A stretch of 64,000 nt of DNA from the NCBI GenBank assembly GCA_044343545.1, contig JAWBZR010000001.1, positions 23,992 to 87,991 on the forward strand, read 5' to 3'. The DNA is from Candidatus Aenigmatarchaeota archaeon. GTDB lineage: Archaea > Aenigmatarchaeota > Aenigmatarchaeia > CG10238-14. Under the pieces are notes generated by a model. The model was not told the origin of the DNA. It was given only the letters and a program-made list of their open reading frames with translations, and searched no databases. Shown one piece after another: positions 49,019-58,944 of the stretch. The first letter of the stretch is position 1, and each line of letters starts with the position of its first letter. The translations under genes and the position numbers were made by a program.

Positions 49019-49891
49019 ATGATTATGAAAAAAGGGATAAAAGAAATTCTTCTGAAAATGCAAGTAAATGAAATAACAGAATATATGGTTTACAAAAAGC
49101 TGTCCAAATGTTTTAAAGATAAAGAAAAGGTAAAGCTGCTTGAAAGTTTATCAAAAGATGAGCTATCGCACTATAATTTGTGGAAAAAATACACAAATAT
49201 GGATGTAGAACCGAACAAAACTAAAATATTATTATACTTTTTGATTGCAAAAATTTTTGGTTTAACTTTCGGATTAAAACTTATGGAGAATAATGAAATG
49301 GAAGCAAAGAATATTTATGAAATTATATCAAAAGATATTCCAATAGCAAAAAGAATAGTAAAAGAAGAAGATAAACATGAAAAAATTTTGATCAATCTAA
49401 TAAATGAAGAATTTTTAGAGTATACAAGTTCGCTTGTTTTAGGTTTAAATGACGCTCTAGTAGAATTGACAGGATCTCTGGCAGGATTAACGTTTGCGTT
49501 GCAAAATAACAAGTTGATAGCTATTTCTGGCTTAATAACCGGTATATCGGCTTCCCTATCCATGGCAGCTTCGGAATACCTGTCAACAAAAAATGAAAAA
49601 ACCGTCAAAAATCCTTTAAAATCTTCGATATATACCGGGGTGGCATACATTTTTACAGTTTTTATTTTGATTTTACCTTATTTTTTGTTTGAAAATATTT
49701 ACTATTGCCTGACTTTCACACTAATTAATGCAATTATCGTAATTTTTATTTTTAATTTTTATGTTTCAATCGCAAAGGATCTTAACTTTAAATATAGATT
49801 CTTGGAAATGTTGATAATTAGCATGAGTGTTGCATTGATATCATTCATCGTTGGTTTATTGGCAAAAAATTTTCTCGGCATAGAAATTTGA
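49019..49891 (+). CDS. VIT1/CCC1 iron transporter with N-terminal rubrerythrin-like domain
   Basis: NE...DELSH...E...EEDKHE; VLGLNDALVE, SLSMAASEYLS. Confidence 0.9.
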   Translation: MIMKKGIKEILLKMQVNEITEYMVYKKLSKCFKDKEKVKLLESLSKDELSHYNLWKKYTNMDVEPNKTKILLYFLIAKIFGLTFGLKLMENNEMEAKNIYEIISKDIPIAKRIVKEEDKHEKILINLINEEFLEYTSSLVLGLNDALVELTGSLAGLTFALQNNKLIAISGLITGISASLSMAASEYLSTKNEKTVKNPLKSSIYTGVAYIFTVFILILPYFLFENIYYCLTFTLINAIIVIFIFNFYVSIAKDLNFKYRFLEMLIISMSVALISFIVGLLAKNFLGIEI

Positions 49892-51181
49892 TCATTTCCA
49901 TTTTACTCTCAAAAAATGACTTGCACAACTCATACAAGGATCGTAAGCTCTTATCAACTTTTCAATCTCATGTTCTATTTCATGTTTATCTTTGTCCAAT
50001 ATTTGCTCCACCAAAATTCTTATATCATTTTCCATTTTTATTTGATTTTGAGCTGTTGGTATGATGAAATTTCCATACTTTATTTTTCCATTCTGATCAA
50101 GATCTATCATGTGATAAAGCGTTCCTCTAGGCGCTTCTATTACTCCTATACCTTTTCCTGCTTTGATTTTTATTTCAGGCTTTGCTTCTTCCTTAAACTC
50201 GTACGTTTCCAATATTTCTATGGAATGATCTATGGAATGCAATATTTCTATTGCCTGAGCTAGATTGTTATGAAAAACATTAAATGAAGGGAACACGTCT
50301 ATATATTTTTTCGCGTCTCTTTTTGTATCCTTATGTAACGCATCTTTATTCAATGCCATTCTAGCCAAAGCACCAACCATGTATTCTCTTCCTTCAAATT
50401 TGAAAGCAGTAGCTTGAGAATAGGGTATTATAACGCGATTTAAATAGTCCCAATAATCTTCTTCCTCTATTTCTGCTCCGTCCATGCTTTTTATTTTTCC
50501 TTCTAAAAAACTAAAATCTTCTGTACATAAAGCAACAAAATTTGTTTTTCTCTCAAAAACAAAATTGGAAGAATAAAAAACATTAAGCAAATCAAAAACT
50601 TTTTCTCTTACATCTTTTAATTCTTTTATGACATTAGCGATGTCTTCTTTTTTTGGAATATTAGAAAAATAACCGATTTGTTCATAAGTTGCGTGAACCG
50701 CCCTTCCAGCAACTAATTTTGAAAGATTGTTGCCAGCGGATTTTACTGAAAATGCTTGTTCTATCCAATGATTCAAGGATTTATCAAAATCCAAAATAGA
50801 ATCCTTGCCAAATATGTCCGGTAGAACGAAAAAATAAAGATGTAAAGCGTGATCTCTTATCATCATGCCATACATAGCTAATTTTCTTAACATTATAGTT
50901 TGTTCGGACGGTGTAATACCAAGAGCTTTTTCTAAAGCCTCTATACTACATGTCATATGAGCAATGCTGCATGTGCCGCAAATTCTAGAAACAAGCTGAG
51001 GTATGGCATTAAAATTTTTGTTTCTTATAGCTTGTGTATAAAATCTCTTATTTTCACTTATTTTTAATTTTACATCTTCAACCTTACCGTTTCTCACTCT
51101 TATTTCTAAATCAGCATGGCCTTCTGTCTTGCTTACATGTTCTATGTTTATATCAAAATCTTTATGCATCAGAAACACCAA
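49892..51181 (-). CDS. [NiFe] hydrogenase large subunit, group 3b-related
   Basis: EGH, SRICGTCSIAH (L1), EAPRGTLYH, RAYDPCMSCASH (L2), 7-aa C-terminal extension. Confidence 0.93.
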   Translation of the reverse strand: MVFLMHKDFDINIEHVSKTEGHADLEIRVRNGKVEDVKLKISENKRFYTQAIRNKNFNAIPQLVSRICGTCSIAHMTCSIEALEKALGITPSEQTIMLRKLAMYGMMIRDHALHLYFFVLPDIFGKDSILDFDKSLNHWIEQAFSVKSAGNNLSKLVAGRAVHATYEQIGYFSNIPKKEDIANVIKELKDVREKVFDLLNVFYSSNFVFERKTNFVALCTEDFSFLEGKIKSMDGAEIEEEDYWDYLNRVIIPYSQATAFKFEGREYMVGALARMALNKDALHKDTKRDAKKYIDVFPSFNVFHNNLAQAIEILHSIDHSIEILETYEFKEEAKPEIKIKAGKGIGVIEAPRGTLYHMIDLDQNGKIKYGNFIIPTAQNQIKMENDIRILVEQILDKDKHEIEHEIEKLIRAYDPCMSCASHFLRVKWK

Positions 51182-51644
51182 ACTCCTTGAAATACTGATT
51201 CAATTTTTGTAAAAACAATTCTTCATTCATGGGGCATCCCGGAATAAAATCATCGACGACGACAATTTCAGATAAAGGAGAAACCTTGTCTCTATGTCCA
51301 AACCTATCTAGTATGAATTGTATTTCTTCTTTGGTCTCGTTATCGAAAAAATTTCTTTGATTCGACGGACTTCCAGTGCATGCACAACTACCTACTGCAA
51401 CAAGTTTTTTGCAATTCTTTCTTATTTCTTTTAAAAATTCTTCTTCCATGTAATTTGCTATAGCACCTTCGACAAACGCGACATCCAAATCTCTTATATC
51501 GTTGTTTTTCTTTAGAGTTCTAAAATATTTAAATTCAATTTTATCGAGCCATTCACTGTAATATTCATTCATTAATTCCAAAAATAAAATAGTCGAATCT
51601 TCGCAACAAGTAAAGGAAAACCAACCAACCTTCAATTTTTTCAT
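51162..51644 (-). CDS. [NiFe] hydrogenase small subunit, truncated (proximal-cluster domain only)
   Basis: FTCCEDS, FVEGAI, GSCACTG, IPGCP; 160 aa, lacking the C-terminal Fe-S domain. Confidence 0.88.
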   Translation of the reverse strand: MKKLKVGWFSFTCCEDSTILFLELMNEYYSEWLDKIEFKYFRTLKKNNDIRDLDVAFVEGAIANYMEEEFLKEIRKNCKKLVAVGSCACTGSPSNQRNFFDNETKEEIQFILDRFGHRDKVSPLSEIVVVDDFIPGCPMNEELFLQKLNQYFKEFGVSDA

Positions 51645-51680
51645 ATTGTTAAAATATTAAACATTACTCGTTAAAATAAT

Positions 51681-52613
51681 TTACAGCCAATTTTTTCTCT
51701 TGAAAAATATATAGAGGACAATAAAGCTTAATATAGAAAATAATACTATATACAAAAAAGCTAATGGATCTTGTTGAAATGGTAAGGAAACGTTCATGCC
51801 GTAAAAAGATGCTATTAAAACCGAAAAAGATAATATTATGCTCATTGAAGTTAAAAATTTCATAACAATGTTTAGATTGTTTGAAACTATAGATGCATAT
51901 GCATCGAGAGTGTTGCTCAGCACGTCTCTTAATATTTTTATAGTTTCGTATATTTCTTTATTAGACAACATTATATCCTCTATTATATCTTTGTCTTCTT
52001 CGTACATTTTGAATATTTTTCCTGAATTTATTTTTTCAAAAACTATTTCATTTCCCACTATAGCACTGCTGAAATATATTAGAGTTTTTTGAATTTTTAA
52101 TAAAACATTTATTTCATCGTTTGTCAAGGATTTTGCCACTTGATCTTCTATTGTTTCATATTTATTTCTAACCAAATGAAGATATTTGCTAAAATCAAGA
52201 TTTATCTTTTCAAAAGTTTTTAAAACAAACCTTACTCTTTGTGTTGTTGCAATGTTTTTTTCCTTTTTTATATCTTCGATGAGTGTATTAGAAAAAGATG
52301 AAATGGTCATAATAAAATTTTTTGTAATTATTATTCCAAAAGGCGATGTTGTTATATCACCATCGTCATCAATAAAAGGTATTCTCGTGATGATAAGAAC
52401 GTTGTCGCCCTTTTTTTCTACCCTCGGTTTCTCGTTAACGTCAATACAACCTTGAATCCATTCATTATCAATTTCAAACTCGCTTTTTATTTTTTCAATT
52501 TCTTCTTCTGTGATATTTTCCACATTAATCCAACAACCTTCTCTAAACTTTTCTATCTTTTTTAGCTCGGTATCCTTTACAGTTTTCATGTAAAACTCCA
52601 TCATAAAACTCAC
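51681..52613 (-). CDS. corA: CorA-family Mg2+ transporter
   Basis: SNNLNIVMKFLT, YGMNV, two C-terminal TM. Confidence 0.92.
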   Translation of the reverse strand: MSFMMEFYMKTVKDTELKKIEKFREGCWINVENITEEEIEKIKSEFEIDNEWIQGCIDVNEKPRVEKKGDNVLIITRIPFIDDDGDITTSPFGIIITKNFIMTISSFSNTLIEDIKKEKNIATTQRVRFVLKTFEKINLDFSKYLHLVRNKYETIEDQVAKSLTNDEINVLLKIQKTLIYFSSAIVGNEIVFEKINSGKIFKMYEEDKDIIEDIMLSNKEIYETIKILRDVLSNTLDAYASIVSNNLNIVMKFLTSMSIILSFSVLIASFYGMNVSLPFQQDPLAFLYIVLFSILSFIVLYIFFKRKNWL

Positions 52614-52634
52614 ATAATAGTTTTAAACTTTGGA

Positions 52635-53015
52635 TTAATATATCTTGCTCTTAAACTGCCTATACAATTCTTCAACAGATTTTTTGTTTATTTTTTTATA
52701 TCTATTTCCATGAGATACTAAACCTCCTCCAAAATTTTTTGGTATATGCATTATTTCATGTATAAGTGTCTTATCCTTTTCCTCCTCACTAAGTTTATCA
52801 TACCTTTCTGAAATGACTTCAATAACATAATAAGATCGACAATCTAAAGCATTTTGAAAAATTTTTGGCAAACCCCAAATTCTTGCTATAGCTTTTGATT
52901 TTGAACCGAAACTTCTTATGCATATTACTCTATCCAAATCTATGTGTCTTTGACCCAAACAATTAACTATTAGTTTCAACCTTTCTTCCACATCTCTTGC
53001 TTTCTCATACTTCAT
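52635..53015 (-). CDS. Putative zinc metallopeptidase
   Basis: ARIWGLP, TLIHEIMHIP (HExxH). Confidence 0.82.
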   Translation of the reverse strand: MKYEKARDVEERLKLIVNCLGQRHIDLDRVICIRSFGSKSKAIARIWGLPKIFQNALDCRSYYVIEVISERYDKLSEEEKDKTLIHEIMHIPKNFGGGLVSHGNRYKKINKKSVEELYRQFKSKIY

Positions 53016-53095
53016 AAAATTGAATTTGGTAAATTCGAAATAAAAATATAGTCGAGTTAATCGTTTTAATTTTAATTAACAAATAAATTATTTCA

Positions 53096-53368
53096 ATGAA
53101 AAGAATTCATGCTTTCATTGAAGGTAAAGTTCAAGGGGTCAATTTTAGATGGAACACAAAAATTAAAGCTGAAAAATTGGGAATAAGAGGTTGGGTGAGA
53201 AATCTGGCGGATGGAAGAGTAGAAGTAGTCGCCGAAGGAAGTGAAGAAAATATAAAAGAATTCATAAAATTTTTAAAGAAAGGTCCACCGAAAGCTAAAG
53301 TCGAAAAAATTGAAATAAACGAAGAAAATCCAAAAAATGAGTTTGAAAGTTTTTCAATTGTTTTTTGA
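53096..53368 (+). CDS. acyP: Acylphosphatase
   Basis: GKVQGVNFR, GWVRN..DGRVE, GPP.A.V. Confidence 0.95.
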   Translation: MKRIHAFIEGKVQGVNFRWNTKIKAEKLGIRGWVRNLADGRVEVVAEGSEENIKEFIKFLKKGPPKAKVEKIEINEENPKNEFESFSIVF

Positions 53369-53372
53369 AGCT

Positions 53373-54260
53373 TTATATTGTTGTAATGATTGGCTTTTCT
53401 TTTATTATTATAGTTTCTTCTGCTTGAGCAACCAACCCCTTACTTTTTTCTCTTAAAGGAGGATATTCGTGAAGTATTCCACGTTCTACCATTTCTCTTA
53501 ACGCCATTTGAAGTTTTATCGGTGAAGATAAATCTGACAACCACCTTTTTGCAAATGGCAAGGTTTTATATTCTTGCTGGATTCTACTCAATATCTTTTT
53601 TGATTCTTCAAGCCTCAAACCTCCACTCTTTAAAAACATATATATATTTGTCGGTGAAGATTCCACAACAAAACCTTCACCATTAGTTGTGAATATTTCC
53701 ATAGCAATAACATCTCCTTCTTTAAACTGATATTTGTTTTTCACATGCATGTTAGGTATGGATAAACCGCCATGCTGCACATATTGAGATAAAGAATGGC
53801 CTGCCAAATTTTTCACGGTTTTTATCCCATAGCTTTTAACAGTCTCTTCGACTATTTTTGACATTTCTTCTATAGTTTTTCCTGGAGCTATGTTATCTAT
53901 AAACTCTTTCAAAGCATCCTCCGCGGCTTTAATTAACAAATTATCTTTTTCTCCGATCTTTACAGAAAAGGCTGTATCAGCTATATACCCATCAACATGA
54001 ACACCCAAATCCACCTTTACCAAATCACCTTCCTTGAAAACAGAATCATCATTTATGTCTGGAGTGCAGTGTGCTGCAAAATCATTTATAGAAATATTTA
54101 GGGGAAAGGCCAAGGCTGCTTCTTTTTTGATGAAACTTTCAATTTTTTCAGCAAAATCTATCAGTTTCATTCCTGCTTTTAGTTCTTGCCTTGCCAATTC
54201 TTTCGCTCTTTTAGCAATTTCTCCTGCTTTTATGTACTTCTCTTCTACAACCTTGTCCAT
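53373..54260 (-). CDS. map: Methionine aminopeptidase type II
   Basis: AFP, AAHCTP, DLGVHVDGYIADTA, GHSL, EIF, AQAEET. Confidence 0.95.
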   Translation of the reverse strand: MDKVVEEKYIKAGEIAKRAKELARQELKAGMKLIDFAEKIESFIKKEAALAFPLNISINDFAAHCTPDINDDSVFKEGDLVKVDLGVHVDGYIADTAFSVKIGEKDNLLIKAAEDALKEFIDNIAPGKTIEEMSKIVEETVKSYGIKTVKNLAGHSLSQYVQHGGLSIPNMHVKNKYQFKEGDVIAMEIFTTNGEGFVVESSPTNIYMFLKSGGLRLEESKKILSRIQQEYKTLPFAKRWLSDLSSPIKLQMALREMVERGILHEYPPLREKSKGLVAQAEETIIIKEKPIITTI

Positions 54261-54294
54261 GAAAACACTACATTGATTTAGAAAGTTAAAATAT

Positions 54295-54605
54295 TTATTT
54301 TATTTCTTTTGAAACTTTTTCTTCCTTCATTATTTTTTTGAAACCAAAAAAACTATAAAAGCAATTATCACAAAATTCAAAACAGCTGATAAAAAAGATC
54401 CGTATCTTATCACTATAGGACCTAAGTTGAATGTCGCCTCTTTTCATTGACCTTGTGGTATGAAGAATGTTATTATTGGCATTAAGACATCATTCACCAA
54501 AGATTGAACTAGTGACGTTAATGCAGATCCTATAATGAAAGCTACTGCCAATGCTAAGACTTTATATTCCTTAAGAAAGTCGACGAACTCTTTTAAAAAA
54601 CTCAT
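54295..54605 (-). pseudogene. mscL: Disrupted MscL-family mechanosensitive channel
   Basis: FLKEFVDFLKEYKVLALAVAFIIG...LVNDVLMP; in-frame TGA at 54444-54446; then KEATFNLGPIVIRYGSFLSAVLNFVIIAFIVFLVSKK*; the tail IMKEEKVSK lies in a shifted frame after an A7 run. Confidence 0.85.
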
Positions 54606-54633
54606 AATTAGATTATAGAAAATTATTTTAAAA

Positions 54634-56976
54634 CTATTTCTTAAACCAAAAATGCAAGCTATCTTGATTGACCAAAGATAAATCTTCCTTAACATCAAAA
54701 GCTTGTAAAACCCTCAAAGCGGCGGGTAAAACTTGGTTATTGACATAATATTCTGGATCATAACTTCCTCTGTATAACTGAATTGGCTCTGCCCTTTCAG
54801 AAATGCTACCTTTACCTTTAACAATAACATATTCTATTATCATACCTTCTGTTATCTGCATACCAGCCTGCTTGAGCTTTAATGCTGCCTTTACGTGAGG
54901 ACCTATTTGTTTATAATCCGAAAGAGAAGATGTTAGCTGAGTTCTTATAATAAGCTCGTTTATTTTTGCCTTTCCACTTTTCACTCTGTCAATTTCTTCT
55001 TTCACGTATTTTATCGCCTTGTTCAAATCTTTTTCAAACAAAATTAATCTCAAAACTTCATGCTGCACTTTTTTTGCCAAATCACACCAGTCTCTTCTCA
55101 CCGTTTCGAAACCTCTTATCTCTAACTTACCATCTTCCGTCAACAATGCATATCTCTTTTTAGCTCCTTTTTCGTCCAACTTTTTAGTCACAAACAAACC
55201 TGCAGGGTAAAAGTCCCTGTATTCTAACTCTATTATTCCCGGTAACTTTTCATTTATTTCATCGTGCCATTTTATTACCAATTCGAGCGATTTTCTATCT
55301 TTCACTTTAATGAAGCAAGAATCTGTATCAGCATATATTATCTCGAAACCTCTCGATTTGGCATCTTCAATAACCTTAGTTATGTAATATCTTCCAAATG
55401 CTGCGCATGCTTCAGCACATTCTCTGCAAAACCATCTGGAGCCGGCATAACCTAAATATCCGTACATGGCATTGGCGATTATTTTAAGAGAATATTGATA
55501 GTTTTTTAACATTGGATCTTTTGCTTTTTTCAATTCCTCTTTTACTCTTCTTCTCTCGTGAATTATTTCCTCTAAATGTTTTGATATAAAACCTTTTTGT
55601 TGCAAACAAAAGTAATTCTTGCCATTGGGCACTGTGTTTCTTAATCTACACTCAGTGTGACCACAATTTAATGTTTCGGGAGAAATGTTGTGTGTGACGA
55701 TAATAGTAGGGTACAAGCTTTGAAAATCGAAGACTGCTATATTTTCATGCAAGCCTATTTTTGGTTCTATAACTATTGCACCAGTATAAGATGGTTTTGT
55801 CTTTCTATCTTCTATTTCTTCATATTTTGGCATGTTCGGAATCACCATATTGTTTTCAATTGACTTTCTCATAAGAAAATGTTCGACTAGCTGAGAATAG
55901 TAATATCTAGAAGTATCAAAAGGAAGGGTTAGCGTAATTCTGGAAATGGAAAATATTTGAGGTAATAAAAACTCTGCAAGATCAAGAGTTAATTTTGCGT
56001 CTCTCATGGAATATTCGACAAGTATTTCTATATCCTTCTTTTGTTTCCAAGATTCTTTCATTTCCAACCAATCAATTTTTATTTTTCCCTCACCCAACAA
56101 CTCTCTTGCAACTTCATCCAATGTTAAGACCTCAGTTTTTAATTGGGGAGATAGTATATGCTCAACAAAATTGAATAGATCTATGTGAACTCTATCTTTT
56201 ATCGAAGCGGCCGAACTCCTTCCTCTTCTTTTAAATTTTACTATATCCTCTCCTCTTCCTAAAACCATTTTAACTTTCAACTTTTCGCATCTGTTTTTAA
56301 GCTTTACAAAATCAAATGCATCTCCATTATAAGTGCATATTATATCTGGATCTATCTCTTTTATTGACAAAAAAAATTCTTCTATTAATTCTTTCTCTGT
56401 AGAGCAATATTTCAAATATTCAAAGTCTGCATTTTTCAAAGAAAATATTTTATTTTTACCTGTATTGGAAGCTAAGGATATCATTATTATCTTTTCTTCT
56501 CCGTCTTCTTCTACAACTTCGATATCAAAAGAAGCAATTTTAATATTTGGTTCTTTATTTTCTTTTACTGGAATGAGATGGGATTGTTCGATCTCAAACC
56601 AAGATGCTGGCTCTATGTTGTTATCCAACAAATACTTATAGACGTATGGTATTGCATACTCGAACTCTCCATCGACGTCTTCCCATTCCTTAACCATATC
56701 TCTCATTTTTTGAATATTTCTTGGATCATCGGAATAAACTTTTAGCATTTTTTTTCTCACGCCATTCAAAATTTTTTCGACGATTTCAAAATCTCTTATT
56801 TCATTTTCTTCCAACTTTTTTACAGTTTTTTCTTGATTATTTGAAAGTATGTAAAAGTAAGACTTGAACGGTTGTTTTATCAAATTAAAGTTACCATTTT
56901 CGTCTATGCAATGCAATTTTATAATACCCTTGCCATCTTCCACGTCATAATCCGCATGTAACAAAAAATATTTCAT
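54634..56976 (-). CDS. polB: Family B DNA polymerase
   Basis: SFDIE, YNGDAFDF, FDFQSLYPTII, KIIANAMYGY, YADTDS, KKRY, RRDW. Confidence 0.96.
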   Translation of the reverse strand: MKYFLLHADYDVEDGKGIIKLHCIDENGNFNLIKQPFKSYFYILSNNQEKTVKKLEENEIRDFEIVEKILNGVRKKMLKVYSDDPRNIQKMRDMVKEWEDVDGEFEYAIPYVYKYLLDNNIEPASWFEIEQSHLIPVKENKEPNIKIASFDIEVVEEDGEEKIIMISLASNTGKNKIFSLKNADFEYLKYCSTEKELIEEFFLSIKEIDPDIICTYNGDAFDFVKLKNRCEKLKVKMVLGRGEDIVKFKRRGRSSAASIKDRVHIDLFNFVEHILSPQLKTEVLTLDEVARELLGEGKIKIDWLEMKESWKQKKDIEILVEYSMRDAKLTLDLAEFLLPQIFSISRITLTLPFDTSRYYYSQLVEHFLMRKSIENNMVIPNMPKYEEIEDRKTKPSYTGAIVIEPKIGLHENIAVFDFQSLYPTIIVTHNISPETLNCGHTECRLRNTVPNGKNYFCLQQKGFISKHLEEIIHERRRVKEELKKAKDPMLKNYQYSLKIIANAMYGYLGYAGSRWFCRECAEACAAFGRYYITKVIEDAKSRGFEIIYADTDSCFIKVKDRKSLELVIKWHDEINEKLPGIIELEYRDFYPAGLFVTKKLDEKGAKKRYALLTEDGKLEIRGFETVRRDWCDLAKKVQHEVLRLILFEKDLNKAIKYVKEEIDRVKSGKAKINELIIRTQLTSSLSDYKQIGPHVKAALKLKQAGMQITEGMIIEYVIVKGKGSISERAEPIQLYRGSYDPEYYVNNQVLPAALRVLQAFDVKEDLSLVNQDSLHFWFKK

Positions 56977-57070
56977 AAAATTAATAAATGCTTTTTAAAA
57001 GAAATATTTTGAGCACCTCTTAGATTTTAATGAAACATCATTTAAATTAATTTACGGCTAATATTATATT

Positions 57071-57481
57071 ATGAGTTTGAACATCGTGCAAAAATACAAG
57101 CTCAACACAGAAGATTTCAAAATATATTTTGATAACAACAAGAAAACACATGTAGCGGAAAACATCGAAACTGGAGAAAAGACTAATATAGGTGTTTTGG
57201 GAATTTTCCTTGAAATGGGTATATTAAGACCTTTGGATGATGAAGATAAGTTAGTTGAATTAAAGAGGAAAATAGAAATTTTGGAAAAAAAGATTGAGTT
57301 GTTAATGGAAAAAATAGAAAACATGCAATTCAAACAAGTTGTATGTGAAAAGGAAGTGGAAGAAAAACCAAAGTTTGACATAAAACAAAAAATCATAGAA
57401 AAATCTCTTAGCAAAATAAAATATGATGAAAACATAATTAAAGACGATGAAAACGAAGAAAAAATATGGGAAGAAATATAG
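57071..57481 (+). CDS. Hypothetical protein with coiled coil and acidic tail
   Basis: LVELKRKIEILEKKIELLMEKI; DDENEEKIWEEI. Confidence 0.6.
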   Translation: MSLNIVQKYKLNTEDFKIYFDNNKKTHVAENIETGEKTNIGVLGIFLEMGILRPLDDEDKLVELKRKIEILEKKIELLMEKIENMQFKQVVCEKEVEEKPKFDIKQKIIEKSLSKIKYDENIIKDDENEEKIWEEI

Positions 57482-57482
57482 T

Positions 57483-57641
57483 TTATTTGCGTGCCCACTT
57501 TAATTTTTGAGGATCCCTGCCCATTTTCCAACTCTTTTCGCATTTTCTGCTACAAAAATATTTTATGACATTTGAATTCAAAACTAACATCTTTCCTTTG
57601 CCAGTTATAAGTTTTTTGCCGCAAAAAGAGCATTTTGCCAT
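57483..57641 (-). CDS. rpl24e: 50S ribosomal protein L24e (not in ORF track)
   Basis: MAKCSFCGKKLITGKGKMLV...YFCSRKCEK...RDPQKLKWARK*. Confidence 0.95.
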   Translation of the reverse strand: MAKCSFCGKKLITGKGKMLVLNSNVIKYFCSRKCEKSWKMGRDPQKLKWARK

Positions 57642-57643
57642 TC

Positions 57644-57853
57644 TTATCTACCTTCGAGCTTTGCCGCTGTCTCCATTTCTGTTTCTCTTAGCATTAATAT
57701 GTCTTTAACTCTCACAGGTCCAAAGACATTTCTTGTTAAAACCTTTCCTTTATCTTTGCCTTCCAAAACCCTGCACCTAACTGTCATTACTCCCCTTACT
57801 CCTGTCCTGCCTATCAGCTCCAAGACCTCTGCAGGAACGGCATCTTCCGCCAT
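57644..57853 (-). CDS. rps28e: 30S ribosomal protein S28e
   Basis: [28 protein letters not shown]. Confidence 0.95.
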   Translation of the reverse strand: MAEDAVPAEVLELIGRTGVRGVMTVRCRVLEGKDKGKVLTRNVFGPVRVKDILMLRETEMETAAKLEGR

Positions 57854-58213
57854 TTACTTACCACCCGACTTTATTGCATTAGTGATTTCCATTAACAATT
57901 CTCTTGCCTCGCCAGGCTCTATTATGCAAACAGAAGCGGCCGAGACGTTTATGCCTGCTGCCCTTCCCAATTCTTCTTTAGATGGCACAAAAATATATGG
58001 GCATTTTTTCTCGTTGCATAATACTGGCAAGTGCATAGTAATTTCTTTTGGATTAACGTCTTCGGCTATGATAACTAGTTTTGCTTGCGATTTCTCTATA
58101 GCTTTCGTGACTTCATTAGTGCCTTTCTTGATCTTACCTGTATTTCTTGCGATCTCTATTGCTTGAAGTGTTTTACTAACTAAATCTTTATTTGCCAACA
58201 CTTTCACCTCCAT
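57854..58213 (-). CDS. rpl7ae: 50S ribosomal protein L7Ae
   Basis: [28 protein letters not shown]; real start probably GTG at 58201 after a GGAGGTGA SD. Confidence 0.95.
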   Translation of the reverse strand: MEVKVLANKDLVSKTLQAIEIARNTGKIKKGTNEVTKAIEKSQAKLVIIAEDVNPKEITMHLPVLCNEKKCPYIFVPSKEELGRAAGINVSAASVCIIEPGEARELLMEITNAIKSGGK

Positions 58214-58297
58214 AAAGGATCATTTCATTCACAACAAATTAAGGGTTTTTTAATATTTATAAATCTTTTTAAACATTAAAATTCAAAGATTGTAAAG

Positions 58298-58326
58298 TCC
58301 CGTATGCACTGCTTCGGCAGGAGGGA
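58298..58326 (+). promoter_or_regulatory. Structured leader of the L1-L10-L12 operon
   Basis: TCCC-GTATGCA-CTGC-TTCG-GCAG-GA-GGGA: UUCG-capped hairpin with an asymmetric loop covering the GGAGG SD. Confidence 0.55.
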
Positions 58327-58332
58327 AATAAA

Positions 58333-58944
58333 ATGGATGTATTAGAAAAGATAAAATTGTTAAGAAAAATTTCAAAAAAGAGAAACTTTGTTCAAAAAAT
58401 AGATTTTATCATGACTTTTAAAGAATTTGATGTAAACAAACCTGAAAATAAAATCGACGAATTCTTTCAACTCCCCAAGGGCATAGGAAGGCCTACAAGA
58501 ATAACCATTTTTCATTCAGAAAAGTTGAATACACCTCATAAAGTATTGAATCAGGCTGATATAGAAGCTCTAGAAAAGGATAAAAAGAAGATAAAAAAAC
58601 TCATAAAAGAAACTGATATATTTGTGGCTGAGCCGAAACTTATGCCCATAGTAGGTAAATACTTGGGTAAATACTTGGCCCCAAAAGGGATGATGCCTAA
58701 ACCTATAGTTGGAGACGTAAATTCTTTCTTAAAATCTTTAGAAGGAAGCGTGAGACTTTCTATAAAAAAGCAGCCGTCTATTCAAACCATCGTGGGTAGT
58801 GAAGATATGAAGGACGAAGATATTGCAGAAAACATTCAAGCATTAATAAACCACATTATACACAAACTTCCAAAAGGTAAACACAACATAAAAAACATAT
58901 ATATCAAGTTTACTATGAGCAAGCCTGTTAAAATAGAGGTGTGA
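58333..58944 (+). CDS. rpl1: 50S ribosomal protein L1
   Basis: KRNFVQ, LPKG.G, LGKYLAPKGMMP, IYIKFTMS. Confidence 0.93.
   Translation: MDVLEKIKLLRKISKKRNFVQKIDFIMTFKEFDVNKPENKIDEFFQLPKGIGRPTRITIFHSEKLNTPHKVLNQADIEALEKDKKKIKKLIKETDIFVAEPKLMPIVGKYLGKYLAPKGMMPKPIVGDVNSFLKSLEGSVRLSIKKQPSIQTIVGSEDMKDEDIAENIQALINHIIHKLPKGKHNIKNIYIKFTMSKPVKIEV

Noticed and set aside
53096..53368. Acylphosphatase as a split HypF fragment for the nearby hydrogenase
   Set aside because: Ordinary stand-alone AcyP with its catalytic Arg and Asn, separated from the hydrogenase by unrelated genes; no other HypF domains seen.
54444..54446. Genome-wide TGA recoding (Trp/Gly) suggested by the stop in mscL
   Set aside because: TGA terminates conserved genes at their expected ends (rpl44e, rps15, rps13, rpl1), and no other conserved gene in the window has an internal TGA.
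54634..56976. Intein in, or inactivation of, PolB
   Set aside because: Length (780 aa) is normal and the polymerase and exonuclease motifs are contiguous and intact.
57699..58166. Long antisense ORFs (also 16407-16814, 17299-17790, 26327-26743, 36395-36853, 57064-57543)
   Set aside because: They are shadows of well-supported genes on the opposite strand and carry no recognisable motifs.
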